From: Gammaproteobacteria bacterium
GTDB lineage: Bacteria; Pseudomonadota; Gammaproteobacteria; Steroidobacterales; UBA11654
Assembly (NCBI GenBank): GCA_029941465.1
Contig: JAPYQN010000001.1
Location: 65,708-129,707, forward strand
Length of the DNA stretch: 64,000 nt
Direction of reading: 5' to 3'
The position numbers and the translations under genes were made by a program. Positions 21,696 through 33,098 of this stretch are shown piece by piece; position 1 is the stretch's first letter; each line of letters opens with the position of its first letter. The notes beneath the pieces are model-generated. The model searched no databases. It was not told the origin of the DNA and saw only the letters and a list, made by a program, of their open reading frames with translations.

Positions 21696-22974
21696 TTTAA
21701 ACCAAGTGATTTTCTCTAATATTAATGGACAAGACCCATGGTCAATTCAAGCTTATCTATCATCTGGTGGTTATCAAACATGGAAATCAATACTCACTGA
21801 TCAAATAAATAAACACTCACCAGAAAAGATTATTGATGCTGTTAGTAAATCAGGACTTAGGGGTCGAGGTGGTGCTGGCTTTCCGACAGGAAAGAAATGG
21901 AGTTTTATGCCTGAAACAAGCCAACAAAAATACATTGTTTGTAATTCAGATGAAAGCGAACCTGGAACCTGTCATGATCGAGATATTTTAAAATACAACC
22001 CCCATGCTTTGATTGAAGGCATGGCTATTGCTGGTTTTGCAATGGGGGCAACGGTAGGTTACAACTATGTAAGAGGGGAATTCATGATTGAATGCTTTCC
22101 TCGTATAGAACAAGCCCTTCATGAAGCTTATGAATTAGGCTTATTGGGAACAAATATTCTTGATTCAGGTATAAATTTTAATCTACATAATTTTTTAGGA
22201 GCTGGCGCTTATATCTGTGGAGAGGAAACAGCGTTATTAGAGTCTTTGGAAGGTAAACAAGGTAAGCCGAGATTTAAGCCTCCTTTTCCAGCTAATTTTG
22301 GTCTCTACGGGAAACCAACAACTGTTAACAACACCCAGACTTTAGCCAGCATCCCTAAAATCATTCAAAATGGACCAGAATGGTTTTCATCTTTTGGAAC
22401 TGAAAAATCCCCTGGCACTATTATATTTTCTGTGTCTGGTCATATTAACAAGCCAGGTAATTATGAATTGCCATTGGGTATTTCATTCAGTGAACTTTTA
22501 GATTATGCAGGTGGGATGGAGAATGATAAATCTCTTAAAGCAGTTATACCAGGTGGTTCTTCTACAAAAATCTTACCAGGTGAGATTATTCAGAACTGCA
22601 CTATGGATTATGAATCACTCCAAAAAGCAGGATCTGCATTAGGTACTGGCGCAGTTATTGTCATTGCAGAAGGCTCCTGCATGGTCGAACTATTAAAAAG
22701 AATTTCAAGATTTTATTTTGCTGAAAACTGTGGACAATGCACACCATGTAGAGAAGGCACAGGTTGGCTTTATAGAATTTTAGATCGAATCACACAAGGC
22801 AATGGAAAAATTAATGATCTTGAATTATTAGTTGATGTGGCTAACAGAATTGAGGGTAACACCATCTGTGCATTTGGTGATGCTTCTGCCTGGCCTGTAC
22901 AAAGTTTTATTGAACACTTCTTTGATGAATTTGAATACATGATTAAAAACAAAGGTAAATCGATAGCGGCATAA
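21688..22974 (+). CDS. nuoF: NADH-quinone oxidoreductase subunit F
   Basis: I trimmed to ATG 21688, an 8-nt overlap with nuoE. The FMN/NADH motifs [10 protein letters not shown] and the 4Fe-4S motif [10 protein letters not shown] are present. Confidence 0.95.
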   Translation: MTDLNQVIFSNINGQDPWSIQAYLSSGGYQTWKSILTDQINKHSPEKIIDAVSKSGLRGRGGAGFPTGKKWSFMPETSQQKYIVCNSDESEPGTCHDRDILKYNPHALIEGMAIAGFAMGATVGYNYVRGEFMIECFPRIEQALHEAYELGLLGTNILDSGINFNLHNFLGAGAYICGEETALLESLEGKQGKPRFKPPFPANFGLYGKPTTVNNTQTLASIPKIIQNGPEWFSSFGTEKSPGTIIFSVSGHINKPGNYELPLGISFSELLDYAGGMENDKSLKAVIPGGSSTKILPGEIIQNCTMDYESLQKAGSALGTGAVIVIAEGSCMVELLKRISRFYFAENCGQCTPCREGTGWLYRILDRITQGNGKINDLELLVDVANRIEGNTICAFGDASAWPVQSFIEHFFDEFEYMIKNKGKSIAA

Positions 22975-22975
22975 T

Positions 22976-25141
22976 ATGAGTGATAACAAAGTAAACATAA
23001 CTATTGATAATGTTCTTCATAGTGTTGATGCAGGCAGAATATTGATAGAAATTACAGATGAATTAGGCATTTATATTCCTCGTTTTTGTTATCACAAGAA
23101 ACTTTCGATTGCTGCAAACTGCAGAATGTGTCTAGTAGAAGTTGAGAATTCTAGTAATGCACTACCAGCATGTGCCACTCCAGTTACTGACGGAATGGTT
23201 ATTGATACTTTATCTAATTCAACTAAAACTGCACAACAATCAACCATGGAATTTCTTCTCATTAACCACCCACTGGATTGCCCTATTTGTGACCAAGGTG
23301 GTGAATGCGAACTTCAAGATTTGGCTTATGCTTATGGGAAAAATAATTCTAGATTTGATCTGCAAAAACTAACAAAACCTAATGATGACTTAGGACCATT
23401 GATATCAACTGATATGACGAGATGTATTATGTGTACAAGATGCACGCGATTTGGTTCTGAGGTTGCTGGTATCCAAGAATTAGGCACTATGGGACGAGGT
23501 GAAACATCAAATATCAGCACTTTTATTAAACAAACAGTTAACCATGAACTTTCAGGTAATATTATTGACCTATGCCCCGTCGGCGCATTAAACAACAAGC
23601 CTTATCGTTATACAGACAGAACTTGGGAAATGGATCAGATTAAAAGTGTTTCACCGCACGACTGTGTAGGCACAAACCTCTACATGCATGTTAAAAATAA
23701 TAAAATTAAGCGTATTGTTCCAATGCAGAATGAAAACATCAATGAAACCTGGATCGCTGATAGAGATCGATTTGGTTTTGATGGAATTTATTCAGAGGAT
23801 CGGCTAACAACTCCTCTGATTAGAACCAATGGAACTTTAACTAATAGCACGATTGAAGATTCGAGGCGGCAACTGAATGCAATTATTTCTTCTCTCATAC
23901 AATCTAATAAGACAGACAAAATTGCTGCATTAATATCACCATCAGTTTCTTTAAATGAACAATTTATTTTTTCAAATTATTTATCTCAACTTGGAATTAA
24001 GAATATTGATCATAGAATCAGTCAAGTTGATTTCTCAGGTGATACTCTAGATCCACTATTTCCTCATCTTAATATTGAGCTAAAGACTATTGGGGAAATG
24101 GAGACGATCTTTGTGATAGGATCTGATTTAAGACGCGAAACCCCTTTGATATCGCATTGGGTAAAAAAAGCTGCAGATAAGGGTGCATCAATTCATTTTA
24201 TAGACATTGCTCTAAGGGAATATCATTTCCCAATCACTGATTACATGATTAGTGACACTGAATCATTGGTTGAGAATATTGGTTTAGTTGTTAAGGCAGC
24301 TGCTTCCATTGCTAAAATGGATGTCCCACAGCATATACAAGAACAACTAAATAACTTAACTGAGCCCACTGTTACTCATAATCAAATAGCACGCTTACTA
24401 TTCACAAAAACAAATACCTTGTTACTGAATGGTCTTGTGTCGAGAAGTCACTCTGATTTTTCTTTAATAAGAAGTTATATCAATATTCTTGCGTCCTTAA
24501 CTAATTCTAATCTAGGTGAATTAACAAGCGGAGCAAATTCAGTTGGTGCTTATATTACTGGGTGTATCCCTCATAGAAATCTTTTAGGTCAATCCTCAGA
24601 GCCAGGTTTGAATGCACTAGAAATAGCATCTAGCCACCATGATCTTTTGATCTTATATGGACTGGAAATAGATGACTGCCTATATGATCAGCTTCTTAAT
24701 GAAGCCTTAAAAGGATCTAAAAAAGTCGTAGTATTTAACTCATTTATGGAATCAGTAATTAATGAACATGCAGACATAATCATTCCTATTAATACTGCCT
24801 ATGAATCAAAAGGTTCTTTTATTAATCTAACAGGCCAGGTTCAGAACTTTAATCAAGAGTTATTAATGCCTAATAATTACTATAGCAATGAAGAATTATT
24901 AATGGATTTAGTCAATGAACGTGACTTAGAAATTCCAAACTTCAATGATTTTATTAATGATTTAGAATCATTTATTGATCAATCGATAGCTAACCGTAAC
25001 TATATTAAAGAATTTCCAGTTAAGGCCAGTAATTCAAGTCCAGTTGTAACTACTAACACATTCAATATGTACAACATTGATCCCATCTTAAGACGATCTA
25101 AACCTCTACAACAAACCAAAGAATCACAATCAAACACCTAG
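22976..25141 (+). CDS. nuoG: NADH-quinone oxidoreductase subunit G
   Basis: N-terminal 2Fe-2S ([15 protein letters not shown]) and 4Fe-4S sites ([14 protein letters not shown]; [10 protein letters not shown]) are present. At 721 aa it is shorter than E. coli-type NuoG. Confidence 0.93.
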   Translation: MSDNKVNITIDNVLHSVDAGRILIEITDELGIYIPRFCYHKKLSIAANCRMCLVEVENSSNALPACATPVTDGMVIDTLSNSTKTAQQSTMEFLLINHPLDCPICDQGGECELQDLAYAYGKNNSRFDLQKLTKPNDDLGPLISTDMTRCIMCTRCTRFGSEVAGIQELGTMGRGETSNISTFIKQTVNHELSGNIIDLCPVGALNNKPYRYTDRTWEMDQIKSVSPHDCVGTNLYMHVKNNKIKRIVPMQNENINETWIADRDRFGFDGIYSEDRLTTPLIRTNGTLTNSTIEDSRRQLNAIISSLIQSNKTDKIAALISPSVSLNEQFIFSNYLSQLGIKNIDHRISQVDFSGDTLDPLFPHLNIELKTIGEMETIFVIGSDLRRETPLISHWVKKAADKGASIHFIDIALREYHFPITDYMISDTESLVENIGLVVKAAASIAKMDVPQHIQEQLNNLTEPTVTHNQIARLLFTKTNTLLLNGLVSRSHSDFSLIRSYINILASLTNSNLGELTSGANSVGAYITGCIPHRNLLGQSSEPGLNALEIASSHHDLLILYGLEIDDCLYDQLLNEALKGSKKVVVFNSFMESVINEHADIIIPINTAYESKGSFINLTGQVQNFNQELLMPNNYYSNEELLMDLVNERDLEIPNFNDFINDLESFIDQSIANRNYIKEFPVKASNSSPVVTTNTFNMYNIDPILRRSKPLQQTKESQSNT

Positions 25142-25145
25142 CGCC

Positions 25146-26216
25146 ATGGAAGAAATTATTTCATCTGTATTTGATTTTTTAACACCCCAAGCTATCGGGG
25201 TAATAATTTCAATGATAAAAATTGTCATTGTTCTAATCGGTTTGATCCTAACTGTGGTTTTTTTGGTTTATTTCGAACGCAAAGTTCTTGCCTATATGCA
25301 TTCAAGAATTGGGCCAAATAGAGTTGGGCCATTTGGCTTACTCCAATCAATAGCTGACACTTTAAAATTGTTATTAAAAGAAATTATCATCCCAGCTAAA
25401 TCAGATAAATTCTTATTTTTGCTCGCACCCATATTACTTCTAGTTCCAGCTCTAGCAGCATGGGCTGTTGTGCCCCTAAACCCCCATTTTATTATTGCTG
25501 ATATTGATGCTGGTTTACTTTATTTACTTGCTTTAACTTCTTTTGGTGTATATGGCGTAATCCTTGCAGGTTGGGCCTCTAATTCAAAATACGCTTTTTT
25601 AGGTTCAATGAGAGCTGCTGCACAAATGGTTGCCTATGAAATAGCTATGGGTTTTGCATTGGTCGGGGTTCTCATGGCTGGAGGTAGTTTAAAACTTGGG
25701 GTAATTGTTGAAGCCCAAAGTGGCGGTATTTTTAATTGGTTTTGGATTCCTTTATTTCCTTTATTTATTGTGTATTTTATTTCCGGTATAGCAGAAACTA
25801 ATCGTCATCCTTTTGACTTATCAGAAGGTGAAGCGGAAATTGTTGCTGGTTTTCATGTTGAATACTCAGGAATGGGCTTTGCAATATTCTTTTTGGCTGA
25901 ATACATTAATATGGCACTAATATCAATTCTTACCTCCATCATGTTTCTGGGAGGATGGGAAAGTATTTTTTCTGGTTTTACTCTTTTTGAGAGTACTTAT
26001 TTAGACTTTTTAACTCAACCAAGTATTTTTTGGTTATTACTTAAAACTCTGTTTTTTCTTTTTGTTTTTGTTTGGTTAAGAGCCTCGTTTCCAAGGTATC
26101 GTTATGACCAATTAATGACACTTGGATGGAAAGTGCTCATCCCGATTACAATTATTTGGATTGGCGTTGAATGCGTGATGTTCGTACTTGAAATTGGCCC
26201 ATGGAGTCTGTCATGA
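25146..26216 (+). CDS. nuoH: NADH-quinone oxidoreductase subunit H
   Basis: Polytopic membrane protein with [21 protein letters not shown] and [26 protein letters not shown]. Confidence 0.96.
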   Translation: MEEIISSVFDFLTPQAIGVIISMIKIVIVLIGLILTVVFLVYFERKVLAYMHSRIGPNRVGPFGLLQSIADTLKLLLKEIIIPAKSDKFLFLLAPILLLVPALAAWAVVPLNPHFIIADIDAGLLYLLALTSFGVYGVILAGWASNSKYAFLGSMRAAAQMVAYEIAMGFALVGVLMAGGSLKLGVIVEAQSGGIFNWFWIPLFPLFIVYFISGIAETNRHPFDLSEGEAEIVAGFHVEYSGMGFAIFFLAEYINMALISILTSIMFLGGWESIFSGFTLFESTYLDFLTQPSIFWLLLKTLFFLFVFVWLRASFPRYRYDQLMTLGWKVLIPITIIWIGVECVMFVLEIGPWSLS

Positions 26217-26698
26217 GCTTATTAAGGGTAATAAAAAAAATAACCTTAATTGACTTTATTAAAGGCTTTGCAGTCACACTAAAAGCTTTTTTTAGAAAAA
26301 AAGTAACAATTCAGTATCCTGAAGTTAAAACACCCTTATCACCAAGGTTTAGAGGTAAATTAGCCTTGATGAAGTACGACAATGGTGAAGAACGATGTAT
26401 AGCTTGCAAACTCTGTTCTGCAGTCTGTCCAGCACAAGCTATCACCATTGAGTCAGAAGAACGTGATGACGGCTCAAGAAGAGCCACTAAGTTTGAAATT
26501 GATGCCTTCAAATGTATTTATTGTGGATTCTGTGAAGAATCTTGCCCTGTTGATTCAATTGTTGAAACTAATATTTTTGAATATCACATGACTGCAAACC
26601 ACCAACGAATTCAAACTAAAGAAATGCTGTTGGCTACCGGTGATAAATACCGTCAACAAACAATAGATGACAAAGCCAAGGATTCTGAATACAAATGA
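26213..26698 (+). CDS. nuoI: NADH-quinone oxidoreductase subunit I
   Basis: I trimmed to ATG 26213, an ATGA overlap with nuoH. It has two ferredoxin-type motifs, [12 protein letters not shown] and [12 protein letters not shown]. Confidence 0.93.
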   Translation: MSLLRVIKKITLIDFIKGFAVTLKAFFRKKVTIQYPEVKTPLSPRFRGKLALMKYDNGEERCIACKLCSAVCPAQAITIESEERDDGSRRATKFEIDAFKCIYCGFCEESCPVDSIVETNIFEYHMTANHQRIQTKEMLLATGDKYRQQTIDDKAKDSEYK

Positions 26699-27291
26699 TA
26701 AAAGAGTTAATATTTTATAGTTTTTCTTCGGTACTTATTTGTTCATCATTAGCAGTAGTGCTTTTTAGAAACCCAGTATACTCAGCTGTATCTCTTATTC
26801 TTAGCTTCATCACCAGTGGTTTTCTTTGGCTGCTTCTTGAAGCTGAATTTTTAGCAATAGTGCTTATATTGGTTTATGTCGGTGCCGTTATGGTGCTTTT
26901 CTTGTTTGTTATTATGATGTTGAATATTAATAAAGAGACAGAAAAATCGTCTTTTAATTCCGTAGCTCCTTTTGCAGTATTTATTGGATTAATAATTGTC
27001 GCTGAACTGATCACAATCATTTGGATCAATTCAAGCCAGTTCTCTACTTCATCAACAGTTATTCAACAGTCAAGCCAAATGGGTAATACCTTATTATTAG
27101 GAACTGAATTATTCACAAATTACATACTTGACTTTGAGATAGCTGGATTTATTTTGTTACTGGCCATTATTGTGGCTATTTCATTGACTCTTAGACCTCG
27201 AAAGAATCTTAAAACACAAGTCGCATCAGAACAAATTAATGTTGATCCAAAAAAACGCATGAAATTGGTTGATCTGAAAGAAACTAAATAA
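26695..27291 (+). CDS. nuoJ: NADH-quinone oxidoreductase subunit J
   Basis: 198-aa membrane protein with the [17 protein letters not shown] motif. Its operon position is between nuoI and nuoK. Confidence 0.9.
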   Translation: MIKELIFYSFSSVLICSSLAVVLFRNPVYSAVSLILSFITSGFLWLLLEAEFLAIVLILVYVGAVMVLFLFVIMMLNINKETEKSSFNSVAPFAVFIGLIIVAELITIIWINSSQFSTSSTVIQQSSQMGNTLLLGTELFTNYILDFEIAGFILLLAIIVAISLTLRPRKNLKTQVASEQINVDPKKRMKLVDLKETK

Positions 27292-27293
27292 TT

Positions 27294-27599
27294 ATGCTTA
27301 CCCTACAATCATATTTAACCCTTGGAGCAATTATCTTTTCTATAGGTGTGATTGGTATTGTTATTAACAGAAAAAATATCATCATCATTATGATGTGTAT
27401 TGAACTACTGCTCATCGCAGTTAACTTTAACTTTATTGCCTTTTCTTATTTTAATCAGGATTTAGCAGGACAAATTTTTGTGTTTTTTATACTTACAGTC
27501 GCTGCTGCAGAAGCGGCTATTGGTTTAGCAATCCTTGTCGCTTTATATAGAAATAAAAAGACTATTGACGTGCAAGAACTAAATTCATTGAGAAATTAA
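27294..27599 (+). CDS. nuoK: NADH-quinone oxidoreductase subunit K
   Basis: 101 aa with three transmembrane segments. IELLLIAVN and the [12 protein letters not shown] motif are present. Confidence 0.93.
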   Translation: MLTLQSYLTLGAIIFSIGVIGIVINRKNIIIIMMCIELLLIAVNFNFIAFSYFNQDLAGQIFVFFILTVAAAEAAIGLAILVALYRNKKTIDVQELNSLRN

Positions 27600-29555
27600 A
27601 TGTTATATCAATTAAGTGTTTTGGTTTTAGTTGTTCCTTTAATTGGAGGGATCTTAGCTGGATTTCTTGGTAAGACCACCGGCAAAACCTTCACTAATAC
27701 TGTAACTATATTCAGTGTTCTAGCCTCCTTTCTTATTTCATCATATATTCTTTACACCATCCTAAATCAACCCGATTTAATTTTTAATCAGAATATTTAC
27801 CGATGGTTAGAAATTGGATCATATTCATTCAACATAGGTTTATTAATCGATAACTTAACTGCCAGCATGATGGTGGTTGTGACGTTTATTTCACTAATGG
27901 TGCATATCTATAGCATAGGTTACATGCATGATGACCCCGGTTATCACCGATTCTTTAGTTACATATCATTATTTACCTTTGCAATGTTATCGCTTGTTAT
28001 GGCAAATAATTTTCTTCAGTTATTCTTTGGCTGGGAAGCTGTTGGAGTCATGTCCTATTTATTAATTGGATTTTGGTTCACTAAGGAATCAGCAATAAAA
28101 GCCAATTTTAAAGCCTTCATTATCAATAGAGTAGGGGATATGTTTTTACTACTGGGTATAGCATTATTATTTTCTCTATCGGGCTCTCTTGATTATTCAA
28201 CTGTCTTTAGTAGCGGCCCAATGATTAACAACCAACTCTTCTTCATTACAGAAAACTTGTCAGTTTCAGCTTTAACACTGGCTTGTATTTTATTGTTTGG
28301 CGGCGCCATGGGTAAATCAGCTCAAATGCCACTTCATGTTTGGCTACCCGACTCTATGGAAGGCCCAACACCAATTTCTGCATTAATCCATGCTGCAACA
28401 ATGGTAACAGCTGGTGTGTTTATGTTGGCAAGAATGTCACCTTTGTTTGAATTATCAGAATCGGCTCTCTCTTTTGTACTCATTATCGGTTCTATTACAG
28501 CTATAACTACTGGTTTGTTGGGGCTTGTGCAATTTGATATCAAGCGTGTAATTGCTTATTCAACACTATCGCAATTGGGTTATATGGTGGTTGCAGCAGG
28601 AGTATCAGCTTATTCAGCTAGCCTGTTTCATCTTATGACGCATGCCTTTTTTAAAGCTTTATTATTTTTAGCTGCTGGTTCAGTGATCGTTGCGTTACAT
28701 CATGAACAAGACATCAGAAATATGGGTGGCCTAAGAAAACGTTTACCAGTGACTTACACCACCTCACTGATAGGAACTTTAGCCTTAATTGGTTTCCCAG
28801 GGTTCTCAGGGTTTTTCTCTAAAGACGCTTTAATTGAAGCTGTGGCACATTCAACAGTCTATGCTCATGAATTCGCTTATTATTGTGTGTTAATCGGGGT
28901 CTTTGTCACCTCTTTGTATTCATTTAGACTGTTATTCATTGTCTTTCATGGACCACTAAGTGAACACAACAATAATGTGCAGGAACCTCAGTTATCCATT
29001 GTGTTGCCATTAATACTACTATCTATACCTTCTGTGTTTGTGGCTTGGCCAACAGTGGGGCCTATGGTCTTTGACAGCTTTTTTTCAAATTCTATTGTCC
29101 AACCCACATCGATAGAACTATTTGGTTATGAATTCACAGATTCACTACATTTCTTAACCCACGCTCTTTCAGGTCCGGTAACTTATATAGCCATATCAGG
29201 TATTGGAGTTGCTTATTTGTTCTACATAAAACAGCCAGAAATACCAAACAAATTAGCTCTAACATTTAAACCTATATACAAACTCCTTAGGGAAAAATAT
29301 TATTTTGATTATCTGTATGAAAATATCCTAGCTAAATTTTTTAGTTCACTTGGAAATAGCCTCTGGAATTTAGGAGATATTAAGTTTATTGATAATTATA
29401 TTGTCAACGGAACAGCAAGAAAAATTGAATCGCTATCAAATAAAGCCCAACTGCTTCAATCAGGTTATATCTATCATTATGCATTGATGATGATGTTAGG
29501 TCTGTCAGTCTTTTTAGGTTGGGTCATCATCAACAAAATTGGAATGGCCTCATGA
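27600..29555 (+). CDS. nuoL: NADH-quinone oxidoreductase subunit L
   Basis: 651-aa antiporter-like subunit with FFGWEAVGVMSYLLIGFW and WLPDSMEGPTPISALIHAATMVTAG. Confidence 0.96.
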   Translation: MLYQLSVLVLVVPLIGGILAGFLGKTTGKTFTNTVTIFSVLASFLISSYILYTILNQPDLIFNQNIYRWLEIGSYSFNIGLLIDNLTASMMVVVTFISLMVHIYSIGYMHDDPGYHRFFSYISLFTFAMLSLVMANNFLQLFFGWEAVGVMSYLLIGFWFTKESAIKANFKAFIINRVGDMFLLLGIALLFSLSGSLDYSTVFSSGPMINNQLFFITENLSVSALTLACILLFGGAMGKSAQMPLHVWLPDSMEGPTPISALIHAATMVTAGVFMLARMSPLFELSESALSFVLIIGSITAITTGLLGLVQFDIKRVIAYSTLSQLGYMVVAAGVSAYSASLFHLMTHAFFKALLFLAAGSVIVALHHEQDIRNMGGLRKRLPVTYTTSLIGTLALIGFPGFSGFFSKDALIEAVAHSTVYAHEFAYYCVLIGVFVTSLYSFRLLFIVFHGPLSEHNNNVQEPQLSIVLPLILLSIPSVFVAWPTVGPMVFDSFFSNSIVQPTSIELFGYEFTDSLHFLTHALSGPVTYIAISGIGVAYLFYIKQPEIPNKLALTFKPIYKLLREKYYFDYLYENILAKFFSSLGNSLWNLGDIKFIDNYIVNGTARKIESLSNKAQLLQSGYIYHYALMMMLGLSVFLGWVIINKIGMAS

Positions 29556-31042
29556 TAGTTGACCAAATAATTTGGCTACCAATCTTAACGGCCCTAATTA
29601 TTGTTGCTTTGGGTGAAAAACGATCTGAGCTTTCATATAAAATTTCTCTGTTTATTTCAATCCTTGTTTTTGGTCTTTCTGTATATGTCTTGTATTTATT
29701 TGACCCAACCACCTCAGGATTCCAATTTGTACTTAAAACCCAATGGATTGAACGATTCAATATTAATTATCATTTAGGCATTGACGGTATTTCATTACCA
29801 CTAATTCTGTTAACTACGTTTCTCACCCCTATTGTCATATACACAGCTAAAACAACATCAAAAAATAAACTTCACCAATATTTGGCGTCCTTTTTACTTC
29901 TTGAAGGTCTAATGGTAGGTGTCTTTTCAGCAATGGATGCTTTTTTATTTTATGTTTTCTGGGAAGCTATGCTGATTCCAATGTTTCTTATCATTGGAGT
30001 TTGGGGTGGTAAAAACAGAATATATGCCACCGTTAAGTTCTTTCTTTATACCTTCCTTGGTTCGGTGTTCATGTTAATTGCCATAATCTATTTGTATTTA
30101 AAATCTGGAAGTTACTTGATCACAGATTTTTATTATCTGCCACTACAGGTCAATCAACAAATTGTTATCTTTATGGCTTTTTTATTTGCTTTTGCAGTAA
30201 AAATACCTATGTGGCCAGTTCATACATGGCTTCCAGATGCACATGTTGAGGCACCCACAGGTGGTTCTGTTATTTTAGCTGCTGTGCTTTTAAAAATGGG
30301 TGGTTACGGTTTATTACGATTCAGTTTACCCATTTCACCAGAAGGCTCTATGACACTTGCACCATTAATGATTACTCTGTCATTGATTGCCATCATATAC
30401 ATTGGTTTAGTTGCTATTGCTCAAACTGATATGAAAAAACTTATTGCTTATTCTTCTATTTCTCATATGGGATTTGTGACATTGGGTTGTTTTGTATTTT
30501 TCATTGAAGGCAACGCTTTAAATCCTGCCACCATAAACTTGGCCATTAACGGTGCAATGATTCAAATGATCTCACATGGCCTGATATCAGCAGCATTATT
30601 CTTATCAATAGGAGTAATGTACGATCGCCTACACACCAGAGAAATAAATGATTACGGGGGAATAGTGACAACAATGCCTAAATTTGCAACTCTTATGGTA
30701 TTTTTTGCACTTGCAAATGCAGCACTTCCAGGAACATCAGGTTTTGTTGGAGAACTGACAGTTATTTTAGCCGCCTTTAAAGCCAATGGTTTTATAGCTA
30801 GCTTATCTGCTCTTACACTCATTATAGGTGCGGCTTATACATTGTGGATGATAAAAAGAGTGATTTTTGGTCCTGTAAAAAACGAAAAAATAAATCAATT
30901 AAATGATATGAATAAACTTGAATCTATTTCATTAGGATTACTTGCATTATCAATATTAATTTTGGGTGTCTGGCCTAAGCCATTAATTGATTTGATGAAT
31001 GAATCAATTAATTTACTCACACTATTTATAACTGGAACATAG
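29552..31042 (+). CDS. nuoM: NADH-quinone oxidoreductase subunit M
   Basis: I trimmed to ATG 29552, an ATGA overlap with nuoL. HTWLPDAHVEAPTGGSVILAAVLLKMGGYG is present. Confidence 0.95.
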   Translation: MIVDQIIWLPILTALIIVALGEKRSELSYKISLFISILVFGLSVYVLYLFDPTTSGFQFVLKTQWIERFNINYHLGIDGISLPLILLTTFLTPIVIYTAKTTSKNKLHQYLASFLLLEGLMVGVFSAMDAFLFYVFWEAMLIPMFLIIGVWGGKNRIYATVKFFLYTFLGSVFMLIAIIYLYLKSGSYLITDFYYLPLQVNQQIVIFMAFLFAFAVKIPMWPVHTWLPDAHVEAPTGGSVILAAVLLKMGGYGLLRFSLPISPEGSMTLAPLMITLSLIAIIYIGLVAIAQTDMKKLIAYSSISHMGFVTLGCFVFFIEGNALNPATINLAINGAMIQMISHGLISAALFLSIGVMYDRLHTREINDYGGIVTTMPKFATLMVFFALANAALPGTSGFVGELTVILAAFKANGFIASLSALTLIIGAAYTLWMIKRVIFGPVKNEKINQLNDMNKLESISLGLLALSILILGVWPKPLIDLMNESINLLTLFITGT

Positions 31043-31049
31043 CAATACC

Positions 31050-32483
31050 ATGTTAATTAACGAATTATATTTTATCCTTCCAGAATTAATAATAACTTCT
31101 TGTATTTGCTTATTAGTACTCATTAATAGTCTTGCTAAAAATCTAAGACAATATTCAGGTGTTTTAATTGGAAGTGCAGCTATGATGGCCTGTATTTTTG
31201 TATCATTAATATTATTTAGTGAAAACTCTGTTGATATTTTTAATAATCATTTCAGAGTTGATAATTTAGCAACAGGGCTAAAATTAGTCACTTTTATTAC
31301 CACTCTTATTGTCATCTTAGGAACAAATACAGATAAATTAAATGCTGATAGCGAAATAATTTTAATTGAACTATTTGCTGTCCTTGGGGTTTTAATACTA
31401 TGTTCTGCCAATAATTTACTAACGCTTTATCTTGGGTTAGAAACTTTGACACTTTCGATGTATGGGCTTGTAGCTTCTAAAAGATCATCAGAGATTGCTA
31501 CAGAATCAGCAATGAAATTCTTTATTCAAGGAGCCATAGCTTCAGCATTTTTTTTATACGGTACTTCATTGATATATGGCTTATATCAAACCTTATCATT
31601 AACTATTTTTAGTAACCCTGATATCAATAATTCTATAGAACTGCAGTTGGCTTTAGCCTTTATTATATGCGGGATTGCGTTCAAATTCGGAGCCTTCCCC
31701 TTTCATAGTTGGGTTCCTGATTCCTACCAAGGATCTAGTAACTCAGTAGCTCTGTTTATTTCTACAGTCCCAAAAATAGGTGCCTTTGCTCTTATATATA
31801 GACTCCTAATTACATCATTTATAGCGGTTACTGAATTTTGGACCATCTTAATATTAGTCCTAGGCCTCATGTCACTAATTTTTGGTAATTTAATAGCAAT
31901 TTCACAATCTAACCTCAAACGACTCCTTGGCTATTCAGCAATTGGGCACATGGGATTTGTTTTGATTGCTATATCAATTGGATCTTTAGAAGGCGCCCAA
32001 GCATCCTTATTCTATCTTTTGATATACATATTAATGACCTCAGTCGCATTTATGTGTCTTGAGGTTCTATCCAATAAAAATCGATCAATTGTGACACTCT
32101 CTGATATAAAAGATTTAAACTCATCACACCCCTGGATTGCCTTAATAATGTTGTTCAGCATGTTTAGTATGGTAGGTATACCACCTTTTATAGGCTTTTA
32201 TGCTAAATGGATTGTCCTTTCTGAACTATTAAATGCCGGAATGTTATCTGTTAGCATCACTGCAATTATTATGTCGGTAATTGCAGCTTTTTACTATTTA
32301 CGGGTCGTTTGGTATATGTATTTTGAAAAAACAGAACTGCCTGTTATGCAAAAAGGATCTACATTAATACAAAAGTCAACACTATCAATAATTGGTGTGA
32401 TGATACTGTTAATGGGGCTTTATCCTTCTCCAATGATTGATTTTTGTAAGTCGATAATTTCTCCATTTATATTGATTGATTGA
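31050..32483 (+). CDS. nuoN: NADH-quinone oxidoreductase subunit N
   Basis: 477-aa antiporter-like subunit with FPFHSWVPDSYQGS. It is the last gene of the operon. Confidence 0.93.
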   Translation: MLINELYFILPELIITSCICLLVLINSLAKNLRQYSGVLIGSAAMMACIFVSLILFSENSVDIFNNHFRVDNLATGLKLVTFITTLIVILGTNTDKLNADSEIILIELFAVLGVLILCSANNLLTLYLGLETLTLSMYGLVASKRSSEIATESAMKFFIQGAIASAFFLYGTSLIYGLYQTLSLTIFSNPDINNSIELQLALAFIICGIAFKFGAFPFHSWVPDSYQGSSNSVALFISTVPKIGAFALIYRLLITSFIAVTEFWTILILVLGLMSLIFGNLIAISQSNLKRLLGYSAIGHMGFVLIAISIGSLEGAQASLFYLLIYILMTSVAFMCLEVLSNKNRSIVTLSDIKDLNSSHPWIALIMLFSMFSMVGIPPFIGFYAKWIVLSELLNAGMLSVSITAIIMSVIAAFYYLRVVWYMYFEKTELPVMQKGSTLIQKSTLSIIGVMILLMGLYPSPMIDFCKSIISPFILID

Positions 32484-32512
32484 TAAAAAAAGATTAGTAT
32501 CTTTCCCACAGA

Positions 32513-32589
<77 letters not shown>

Positions 32590-32598
32590 TTTTTGGTT

Positions 32599-32625
32599 AG
32601 GCCCCGTCTGGGGCTTTATTTTTGT
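32599..32625 (+). terminator. Hairpin plus T-tract between tRNA-fMet and rimP (partial terminator/attenuator)
   Basis: The stem GCCCC-gtct-GGGGC (32601-32614) is extendable by G:T and A:T pairs and is followed by TTTATTTTTG. It lies inside the spurious N-terminal extension of the track's rimP ORF. Confidence 0.5.
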
Positions 32626-32634
32626 TGGAGAGTA

Positions 32635-33087
32635 ATGAATAGTTTAGATAGTAAAATTATAGAGAAGATTGAAAAATCCATTAATTTAATTGGTTACGAG
32701 TTAATGGAAATAGAATGCAGCCCAAATAAAAGAGGGCTTAAAATAGTTACTTTTATCGATCACAGTGACGGTATTACAATGGATGATTGTGTAAAGGCCA
32801 CTAAAGTCATTACTCCTATACTGGAATTGAAAGAAGATGATGATTATCTACTAGAAGTCTCTTCACCTGGCTTAAATCGTAAATTAATCACTAAAGAACA
32901 TTTTGATAGATTCAGAGGACAAACAGTCAAAATTAAACTAAAGAATAAAGCTGATGATAGAAGAAACTTTAAAGGTCAGTTGAAATCAAGAAATGGTAAT
33001 AAAGTAGAAATTACTGAAGATAATAAAGATATTTTAATTGATATCGATTTGATAGATATATGTCGAATCGTTCCTAACTATAAATAA
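32635..33087 (+). CDS. rimP: Ribosome maturation factor RimP
   Basis: I trimmed to ATG 32635, with a GGAGAG Shine-Dalgarno at 32627-32632. LEVSSPGLNRKL is present. Its position is between metY and nusA. Confidence 0.87.
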   Translation: MNSLDSKIIEKIEKSINLIGYELMEIECSPNKRGLKIVTFIDHSDGITMDDCVKATKVITPILELKEDDDYLLEVSSPGLNRKLITKEHFDRFRGQTVKIKLKNKADDRRNFKGQLKSRNGNKVEITEDNKDILIDIDLIDICRIVPNYK

Positions 33088-33098
33088 CGAGGAAAAAA